DNA of 64,000 nucleotides from the NCBI GenBank assembly GCA_963668025.2, contig CAXXTH010000017.1, positions 1,546,230 to 1,610,229 of the forward strand, read 5' to 3'. A program made the position numbers and the translations under genes. The stretch is from Candidatus Hydrogenedentota bacterium. Lineage in GTDB: Bacteria; Hydrogenedentota; Hydrogenedentia; Hydrogenedentales; SLHB01. Below, one piece after another: positions 19,481-28,800 of this stretch (its first letter is position 1; every line of letters starts with the position of its first letter). The notes under the pieces were generated by a model. The model was not told where the DNA came from, did not search any database, and worked only from the letters and a program-made list of their open reading frames with translations.

Positions 19481-20590
19481 ATGAAACGGCCTAGCTGGCC
19501 CGGTGGCGAGCGGCGCGGGCTGACGCTCATCGAAATGATCATCGTCATGGCTATCGTAGTCATTCTATCTTCTATTGCCCTCCCGGGATTTATCCGGGCA
19601 GGCGCGTTTAACCGGGATGATCTAGGCGACAACGCCCGGGCCGTCTTCTCGGTGTTGCGGGCCGCACGCGTGTACGCGGCCACCTTCAATACCGACACCG
19701 CCGTCATTTATGCCCTCCTAAGCACTCCTGACAGCCGCCTGGACGTGGCCGACAGGGATGATTCCAGCCAAGCCCGCATGCAAATGGTGGCGGACGCCGT
19801 TGGCATGGCGCGCAGAATGACGGACGACGAATTAGAGGATCTGGAGCTGCTCCGCGCGGAAGCGAATCTGGCTGCGCTTTCGGATACGGAACGGGCAAAG
19901 TGCTATGTCCTCGTGAAGTCCGAAGAAGGGGAGCTGCGCCAGCTTTCCCCAAAAGCGGCGATCTGGGGCAAAGTGGACCTGGCTGGGCCGAACGCGGATC
20001 CCGATTACACCACCCTGCTCGAGTCGGAACAGCTCCTAGCACTAGACACCCAGAATAAAAAGAGCATACATGGTTTACAGCTCGTGCGCCTCTACCGGGA
20101 TGCCGGCGAGACGCAGGTCCAGGTGAATGTCTATAACAATTTGGGCCAGGTGACAGGCACGGAAGAAAAGACCATCCAGGAGTATGATTTCATTTCGCCC
20201 CGCGCTACCGATTATACGTTATATCGCAAGGTGACGCCGGATGAAGGCGGGACGGCCATTGCGGATTTGGACATGTATTTCCCGGCCCATGTGTTTAAGC
20301 CAAGCGGCGATATGCGCGTGGACTCGGGCACCACGACCGTGCGGTTTTCCTTGCTGGTCGGCATGGCTCCGATGGCTTTGGTGAATGATCGTTTCTTGGA
20401 TGCCGAAGTAACCGATTATTCCCCCTATTTATTGGACTCGGATGATACGGAAAGCGGCCCCGATCCCGAAAGCCCTGGCTACCTGGATGATCCCGATATC
20501 GCCGATGTAGCGGTACCGGCGGTGCGCATCGAAATGAACCAATTTACGGGCCGGGTGCGGGTAGCCGAGCAGGAGTATCCGTTGCAATGA
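19481..20590 (+). CDS. Minor pilin, FimU/GspH-like
   Basis: RG/LTLIEMIIVMAIVVIL, LRAARVYA, HVFKPSG, IEMNQFTGRVRV C-terminus; GGAGGT upstream. Confidence 0.8.
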   Translation: MKRPSWPGGERRGLTLIEMIIVMAIVVILSSIALPGFIRAGAFNRDDLGDNARAVFSVLRAARVYAATFNTDTAVIYALLSTPDSRLDVADRDDSSQARMQMVADAVGMARRMTDDELEDLELLRAEANLAALSDTERAKCYVLVKSEEGELRQLSPKAAIWGKVDLAGPNADPDYTTLLESEQLLALDTQNKKSIHGLQLVRLYRDAGETQVQVNVYNNLGQVTGTEEKTIQEYDFISPRATDYTLYRKVTPDEGGTAIADLDMYFPAHVFKPSGDMRVDSGTTTVRFSLLVGMAPMALVNDRFLDAEVTDYSPYLLDSDDTESGPDPESPGYLDDPDIADVAVPAVRIEMNQFTGRVRVAEQEYPLQ

Positions 20591-21090
20591 GAAACAATCG
20601 AGGATTTACGCCGCTTGAAGTGTTGATTGCCATGGCGATACTGATCATCGGTATCGTGGGCGCATTCCAACTGTTCCCGCGCGCGCTGGTCCAAGTGCGC
20701 ATGGCGCGCGAGCAAGAGACGGCCTGCAATCTGGCCGATTCGCGCCTTGGCTATCTGCGCGCGGCGGGCGGCCGCATGCTGACCTATCGCTGGCGCGCCC
20801 CTCAAACCTATATGACCGGTGCAGTGCCAACGGATGGCACCGAAGAAATTGATGATGTGCGCCGCCAGACCGATTTCTCGGATCTGAGGAAGGATTCGCC
20901 CGCGTATTTCGAGATGGACCAAGCGACCGCTGATGCGCGGCTCGAATTGTATAAAGGCTATTCGACCACGGTGACTCGAGTAGGCGCGCTGCCCGTGGCG
21001 CATCTGCACCGGGCGGTGTTCACGGTGAATATGCCCTCGGGCAATGAAGTGCGCCCGCTGCGTTTTGTCACCTATATCGCGGAACCTTGA
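20587..21090 (+). CDS. Minor pilin, PilV/GspI-like
   Basis: RG/FTPLEVLIAMAILIIG; small; translationally coupled to the upstream gene (ATGA overlap). Confidence 0.8.
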   Translation: MRNNRGFTPLEVLIAMAILIIGIVGAFQLFPRALVQVRMAREQETACNLADSRLGYLRAAGGRMLTYRWRAPQTYMTGAVPTDGTEEIDDVRRQTDFSDLRKDSPAYFEMDQATADARLELYKGYSTTVTRVGALPVAHLHRAVFTVNMPSGNEVRPLRFVTYIAEP

Positions 21091-21091
21091 G

Positions 21092-21123
21092 TAGGGTTTA
21101 GGGTCTTGGGTTTAGGGTTTAGG
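21092..21123 (+). repeat. Heptamer tandem repeat (TTTAGGG-like) forming a G-quadruplex motif
   Basis: GGG-TTTA-GGG-TCTT-GGG-TTTA-GGG at 21094-21117. Confidence 0.75.
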
Positions 21124-21127
21124 TTTT

Positions 21128-21210
21128 TTCCCCCCCGCTTACGGGGGAGTAAGTGGGGCATGATTTAGCCCCCCTGTTTCCCTCCATGAATGGGGGGATA
21201 ACGAGGTGTG
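21128..21210. repeat. Two REP-like C-run/G-run hairpins
   Basis: tcccccccgcttacggggga-gtaagtgggg and ttccctccatgaatggggggataacgaggtgtg. Confidence 0.55.
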
Positions 21211-21221
21211 GAGGTGATTTG

Positions 21222-22811
21222 GTGACCATGGACGGCAAATGCAGGCGAGGCGGCTTTACGCTGCCGGAATTGCTGGTGGCCATGGTGGTCATGAGCGTGA
21301 TTATGCTGTCGGTTGGGGCCTTGTTCGTGGCAAGCATCGGGGCCGCCAAATCGGGCTACCAGGGCATCGACGCCAACAATGAATCCCGGACGCTTTTCTC
21401 GACGCTCGAACGGGACATCAACACGGCGTTTACGTCGCGGGATTACGGCGCGTATTACCAGTTCTACGGCACGCCCATCGGCATGAGCTTCGTGGGCACA
21501 GTCCGCGCGTATGAAAAAACCGATTCCGCTGCGAATCTGGGCCGGGTGACGTATGTGCTGCATCTGACGCCAGAGGATGAAGGCCCCTCGTATTTCACCA
21601 CAAAGGTGCTCGATGAGATGGGCACTCCAGATGACGCCACGGACGACGAGTGGAAAGAAGCCTATGTCATGACCTGCTCCCTTCTTCGCTATTATGAATC
21701 TGGTGTGAGCGACTTAGATTCCTATCCTGTGAATTGGAAGGAGCTGCGCTCCGATCCGGAGTTCAATTACGCCAAGATTGACAGCGAATTCAGCGCCATC
21801 GAAAATCTAGCCAATATGGGCTGGGATCAAAAGACCATCGAGGAATTGCTGCGCGCGAAAAAGCGCCAGTTATGGATTCGCATGTTGTCCGAAACGAATA
21901 TGAATCTCGGCTCGGATTCTTTACCTCGTTTTTTCTCCACCGACGACGATACTGGCCTTATCACAAATAAGGCGGAGGATTATATCTTAACGGACAATAT
22001 TTTACTGGGTGTGATTTTAGTGTCCGATGCGGAAAAACGATATGAGACCTTTTTGGAAACCCATCCTGATGGGACGATGGATGATTTGATGGCGCGGCTC
22101 CAATTGGATCTTCTTCGACTTGACAGCGATGACCATTTGTATGCGCCGGATGATTATGACGCCAATATCAGCGCGAATGAGGAAGATTCTATAGGTGATA
22201 AAACAATATTGCGCAAGCGGGCGGAATTCCAATATGGCTTCGCCGACGCGGGACGGACAATCACCATGCCGTATTGGAATGCCGATGGGTCGCTGCCCTC
22301 GACAAAGGCGTTCACCTATGAAAACTCTTATGCGGATACCGCGTCTTACCGAAGTTCCGGTTATCGCAAGGCGTTATCGCTAGGCGCGCCGGTCTTGGCT
22401 TATCCCGAGGATCCGGAGAGCCCGCTGTGGGGCGGCATTTATTACAAAACAACAGATACCGGCACCACGACCGTGGATAATTCCGAGTACGACTATTTGT
22501 TCCCCTTCGATCAGACCGATCCGTCCAATACGGACCCCACGGAGAATCATCCCATTTGGCGGGCGTTTTTATCAAACCCCAATAATGTAGCGTCGACTGA
22601 AACTTATTACCGTCCAGGCCCGGAACAGCGCAGCCCGATGGCTGCGAAGTTTGGCACGCCGTTGAATCCGCGCCTGCCGGAGATGGTGTATGTACGAGGC
22701 CGCTTAGCTTATAAGAGCACGCACATAGGCGGTTCGGATTTATTTTTACCTATTGATTACCTGATGGATGTCCCCGTGGGCCAAATGCGGACGAAATGGT
22801 GGGCGTCATAA
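21222..22811 (+). CDS. Minor pilin, PilW/GspJ-like, enlarged (~530 aa)
   Basis: GG/FTLPELLVAMVVMSVI, LERDI, C-terminal RLPEMVYV; GGAGGT SD before GTG 21222 / ATG 21228. Confidence 0.8.
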   Translation: MTMDGKCRRGGFTLPELLVAMVVMSVIMLSVGALFVASIGAAKSGYQGIDANNESRTLFSTLERDINTAFTSRDYGAYYQFYGTPIGMSFVGTVRAYEKTDSAANLGRVTYVLHLTPEDEGPSYFTTKVLDEMGTPDDATDDEWKEAYVMTCSLLRYYESGVSDLDSYPVNWKELRSDPEFNYAKIDSEFSAIENLANMGWDQKTIEELLRAKKRQLWIRMLSETNMNLGSDSLPRFFSTDDDTGLITNKAEDYILTDNILLGVILVSDAEKRYETFLETHPDGTMDDLMARLQLDLLRLDSDDHLYAPDDYDANISANEEDSIGDKTILRKRAEFQYGFADAGRTITMPYWNADGSLPSTKAFTYENSYADTASYRSSGYRKALSLGAPVLAYPEDPESPLWGGIYYKTTDTGTTTVDNSEYDYLFPFDQTDPSNTDPTENHPIWRAFLSNPNNVASTETYYRPGPEQRSPMAAKFGTPLNPRLPEMVYVRGRLAYKSTHIGGSDLFLPIDYLMDVPVGQMRTKWWAS

Positions 22812-22829
22812 CGAGGCAGGCGGATTTGC

Positions 22830-25800
22830 ATGCTGGTTGAACAGCGCGTTTGCCGCGTGATGGCAGTAGCACACAGACGTAAGATTGGGAATTTGCGCAT
22901 GAGACGCCAACGCAATCATCAGGGCGCGGCCCTGCTCATCGCCGTGTCGATGTTGTTTATTCTGTTAGCCCTTGTCATTTATTTCTACACGGCCACCCGT
23001 TTCGAGTGGCGCATGGCCAGCAATAAACGCGACACGGTGCAGACCCAGTTCATCGCGGACGCGGGCCTTGCGATTGCGCAGGCGTATCTGCGCAACGACC
23101 TCGAAGCGCATCCCGCATATACCTCGAATGACCACGCCTGGAAATCTTTCTTCAACGGCGCGAGCCTGGCGCGTAAATCGTGGGCCTGGCCGCTCGATAA
23201 CAATGACGACCTTATTCTGCCGGATAATCCCGAGTTTCTGCCTTCGGGCCGCCAAGGGCGCGCCGTGCCCCAGGTGCGCTTCGAAGCGCTGATGCGGAAC
23301 GCCCAGAATGTCCGAGTAAGCCACCCCGAGCTTTCCCTGGAAACATTGCTGTTCGATTACACCATCCCGCGCCAAGACCCAAATTATTTGGACAAACAAG
23401 GCTTTCTCGATGAAAATGACTTGAACGATTTGGGCGACATCATTGGCACCCGCTACACGTTCGCCGCTGACAATCTTCTCCTGGACAAAGACAAGAAGTA
23501 CAGCTTCGCCACCCCCGAATTGTTTGACCCCTATGAAGACTGGAACGCATACACGAATCCCTATCTGACCGAGGCGGAAACCATCCACCGCTGGGCGGAT
23601 GTGGACACGAATGGGGACGGCCTGCGCGACGCCGTGTGGATTCCCATACCGATAGACCTTCCATTCGACAGCGATGGCATCGACAACGACCTCGATGGCT
23701 GGGTCGATGAAGGCCCGAACATGGGCTCGGATGGCATCGACAATGATGGCGATGGCGAGATCGATGAATTTCTCGAAGGCAATCCGCCGGATGGCCTCGA
23801 TAATGACGGGGACGGCATTATTGATGAGATGCCGGAAGAGGACCAGACGAATGGCATTGATGATGACGGCGATGGCGATATTGATGAATCGGATGAGCTG
23901 AATATCCAGCCCGCGCCGGAAACCGCCGTTTTTGTGTATTTCGGCGGCGCGGATGGGCTCGATAATAACGGCGACGGGAATATTGACGATGCCTCCGAAC
24001 AGCGCCTCTTCCTCACTTGCCCGCTCTACATCGACATCAATCGCGATGGCGATATTGATGATACGGACTTCGGTTACATCGGCAAAATCCGGATGGTGCA
24101 GCGCGATGCCGATACGGGCGAGGAGAAGATTGTCGAGCTTATTCCTAGCCCAGGCTCGACGGACGTGGATGTGCTGGATAATGATTACAGCCTGATCGTC
24201 AACGATTCTCGCGGCTATGTATACCCCAAGGATCCGGCTTATCAAACGGATGACGATCTCGCGAACGCGTATCACATCATCAATTCCGACTATATCACGT
24301 CGCCCACGTTTGATATCGAGTTTGATGGCGAAACCATCAATGACGTGCCGTTTGTCATTACCTCGACCGGTGAACCGGTGTGCGAAGTGGCGGGCCGCGT
24401 GGCGGTGTGCATCACGGATGAATCGAGCAAGCCGAATATAAACTACGCGCATGCCCTCGCGTACCGGGATTTCCGCGTGACATCCAGCGATGATGGCGTC
24501 TTGACGCGGGCGCTGGATGAGGGCGCCAGCCCCTTCGAATATGACCTGCGCGTGCTGCCGGATATTGGCCATATCCTGGGTGCTAACATTGCTTCCTTGC
24601 GCACCGGCGCGGCCGATGGCAAGGGATATAACGTGGACGCGGACGCCACGCAAAATCTGCCAAATGACGCGGCGTATGCGTTTGACGTGAGCCTGCCGGG
24701 ATATGGGTTTACGGATGATGATGGCAACGCCTTCTGGATGTCCTATGACGGCCTGGATAACGATGGCGACGGTTTAGTGGATGAAGGCGTGGCGCTGCCT
24801 GCCGCACTCGATTATACCGGCGACGGCATTATTGATTATGACGATGGCGATGTAGGCGGCACGGCGAATAATGGCCTGGATGACCGGTACGAATCCCTGC
24901 TGGGCCATTTCGAGGGCGTCGACGAGCCGCAGGAACTGCGCTTGTTCCGCCCCTACCGGAACCGGCTGGCGGAAAGCTCCGACGTAGACCTGGATGATAA
25001 CGATGTCATCGGCGAGATCGGCCAGTTCGGCGACCGTTTCTACCAGACCCGCACCGAACTCAAGTTGGTGGATGGCATCGGCGGAGAAATCTATAGCGAC
25101 TTGGCGAACCTGTTCACCGTGCATTCCGCGGATAAAAATGACCGGTATAAATTCCTTGACTCCTCGTCCGCGGAGTTGGAAACGCCGGAATTGAGCGGCC
25201 TGAAGCTGAATTACAATTATGCCGTGGCGGACCAGATCGCCACCGCGCTGATCAGCGATTTTGGCTATGCTTCGTCGGTGACACGTCCGGAAGGAGATCT
25301 AGACACGCCGGCCAAGCTGCGGACCGCGTTCTCGGAGGGTTTGCGCCTCGAAGGGCTTACATTTAAATCGCTAGACGCCAGCGGGACGGCGGCGACGAGT
25401 TTGCTGGCAAGCACGCTAAAAGAATTCGCCTACGACGGCGAATTGCGGGCGTCGCAGTTGGCGGTCAATGCCGAGGACAACCGCGACCTTAATCATGCGC
25501 GCACCGAACGCATCACCACCACGCCGGATGATTGGTGGAACAAAGAGATCGACACCAACGCCAACCGGCAAATCACCTATGCCAATACCGGCGTTGAAAG
25601 CATCCGCATCAATGAAGTCATGGTGCGCGCCACGCGCCGCGTCGAGGCGGAAATGCTGGCGGCCTTGCCATCCACCACCGAAGAACAAGAATATAAACGC
25701 TGGTATCCGAAAGGGGCTACGCAAGAATACCGTCCCGCGAATTTCCTGGTGAATCTATTTTCGGGCCTGGCGAATTATCCCGATTTCAATATGGTGCGGG

Positions 25801-28800
25801 AAGCCATTCCGCTATCGCGCATTAGCAGCGCGCAGGAAGGCACCGGCGGGGATACGTATGATATTGGCGATGCCGTAACCGCCCATGGCTGGCCAGGAGC
25901 GGCGCAGACTATTGGCGCGCTTCCGACGCCGTATGGCTATTCCGTCGGAATTCTGGGCCGCCATTACGACACGTATGTGACGCAATACAACGCCAATCCG
26001 TTGAGCAATGCGTATGACGCCTACATGCTGGCCCCATATGTAGGCCCGGCGTCCTACGTGGGCTTCCAAGCGCCCGTGCTTACCATGGACGCCAGCAATA
26101 CGAATCCCTCTTACGAGGGGCGCATCAGCGCCACTTCGCTTTATATTCGAGATAATTCCTACGATGCTGATCTTGACAGGTATGGCTACCATGATGTTCC
26201 CAACATAGTTCAGTTCCGCTTCGGCCCGAGTCCCGCGTTGCCGCCAGGCCGGTATTACCTGATGGTGAACACCTCGAAAAACGGCAATGGCAATACGCTG
26301 GCCACCAAAACCAATGCGACGGTGCTTAAAGGCAAGGAAGACAAGCTTCAATATGTAATTAAGTACGGCTCTGCGGCCAACGATATCATGAGCGATGCGA
26401 TTGGAGACACCATCAAATTCGCTGATTTCCTGGGCAAAGGCAATGGCGAGAGTTATGCGGAAGCCGCCGAATTTCAGCCTTTGCTGGGCACTCCCATTGT
26501 AGGTGCCAGGAAAGCGATGGATTTAGCTACCCCTGCGGGGGTGGATGTGGAAACGGGTTATATGTTTTTGCCTGCGTTGAGCCAGCCGTATACGACTGCT
26601 ACGCTGCCGACAGGCCTCGATTCGACGTATACGGATCTCTACGATAATTACTGCATGCGCCCTGAATTCAACGCCTACACCGTCGTAATCCCGCCATATG
26701 CGGCGGAGGGCGCGGAACAAGACTACCTCTATGTGGGCATCTGGAAAGATCCGGCCTATGCGGATGAAGACCTGGCCATCAACTGGTTCGAGTTCAGCCA
26801 AGAGCCGGACCACGAGTGGGTCGAGCTGGCGAACGTGGGCGCTGAGGCGGTGGACGTGCGCGGGTGGACCCTCGAGGTCGGGCAGTTCGGCGATCCCTAC
26901 CATGAAGACGACCACTTCGTGATGCGCATCGGCCAGCCGCGTGATTCGGAAGGCGCGCTGTATCCGGATGACAAGATCGAGATCGCGCCCGGCGGCACGC
27001 TGCTGCTGGCGATGGATAAATACGATGTGGGCGCGGACCAATACGCCCAATCCGATAGCTGGCCCAATGATTACGGCGTGCTGTTCCGCAATGGCATCGG
27101 ATTGTGCGCCACGAATACTTCGACGACCAGCACGCAATGGAAAGTGAAACCGCGCACGGACTCCACCAGCACAATCGAGCGGTATGGATTTCCCATGTTC
27201 GGATTGGTAAATGCCCCTCTAGGCGAAAGCGTCACCGTGCCGCAATCGCCGATGTTTGACCCGCGTCCCTCGTTGACGACTGGCTTGGCGAATCCGAATT
27301 TGAACAGGCCGTTCAATAATCTCGGAAGTGTCTTTTTCCGGCCCATGGCGTCCACTGTGGTGGGCAGCATTGACGCCGCCGCCGTTTATAAGGATTTCAT
27401 TGATCGCGACGGGGACGGCGTAGCCGATTTGAGCACGTTGGATTCGGCCACGCAGGAAACGGCGGCGTATGGCAGTTTCCCGAATGATTATCCGCCGGGC
27501 TATGACTACATAGACACCACCTCGGCATCCACCAATATGTTCAGCACACTCACCGAGACGTTCACGGATGGCCGGGTGCGCCAGATATGGCCCACAAAGG
27601 GCGAAAAGCCGTGGGACCGCATTGTGCAGGTGGAATCGTCGCGGCTGCGCTATCTGTCGAGCCTGGAAGATTTGGCCGATATGGTGCTGGATGGCGGCGT
27701 GCTGCCGAATTACCCCGAGGAAGATTATTCGGACAACGACAGCGACTACTCCGTGCTGGCGGACCTGCATGCGGGCTGGGGCAGCGACCAGATCGACAAC
27801 GATTCCGATGATGAGACAGACGAAGATGATGAGCAAGAACTGGATGCCGAGGGATTAGGCGACGGCGTGGACAATGACGGCGACGGCGTCGTCGATGAAG
27901 CGGGCGAGGGCACGGATGAAGGCCGTGCGCGCCTGTATGCCAAGCGTATGGAAGATCCGCTCTCGGATGTCGTCACCACGAAATACGCCAAGCCTATTCC
28001 AGGCGCATTGGATTCCCGGCAAGCCGCGTTCCGGGTCGGATACTACGAGTCCGCCACATCGACGGATATCGAATACCACTCGCTTACCGAAGGCCAAGAT
28101 ATTGTTTCTTCAGGAAATGATAACTATGAATCTGATTATGACTATCTGGGCAACGCCGCGGACTCCCCCGAGTGGAAGGCGTTCACGGAACGACGGTATT
28201 TCCCCGGCGATTGCGTGGTGCTGACGCTCTACGAAGGCGCGGTGGGCAATGGCCGCATCGTGGACCGCCTGACCTATACCCAGCGCGATGTCGAGAACCG
28301 TTCGGATGAGGATCTCGAGCTGGACGCCAATTACGCGGGATGCACGTATACGGACGAGGCGGGCAATCGCGTGGCGCATTATGGTTCCACGGTAACGCCG
28401 GCTATTTGGCCGGACAACACCATGGGCGTGGACTTCTATCGCAGCCTTGAACGGAAACACCCGTTGTATACGGGCGACCTGCACGGCACGCAGAACCGCT
28501 GGGAGGCCACGGATGGCAATTATGACGATTGGGATTCCGGGCAGGGCCCGTCGTTCTTGAGCGCTTCCGCAGTCATCCCATGGACCAGCGGACTGGGAGT
28601 GGACACGCCCTATACCGGGTATGCGCCGAATGTGTCCGGCTCGCCGCTACGAATGAATTTCTACCAGAAGGGCATGGAAGCGGAACCGAATTCCACGGAC
28701 GCGGCGCTGAATCACTTCTACAATACAGCGGCGGCTGAGAATCAGCGGCCATTGCGTACGCTACGGGATGCGGACCAGCTTCCTGATTGGAATTTCAGCC

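Noticed and set aside
21092-21123. Plant telomere contamination or a chromosome end
   Set aside because: Only about four imperfect units, embedded between collinear bacterial pilin genes.
22965-24653. 562-aa minus-strand ORF
   Set aside because: Antisense shadow of the giant pilin; its Ile/Val richness mirrors the Asp codons, and no motifs are recognisable.
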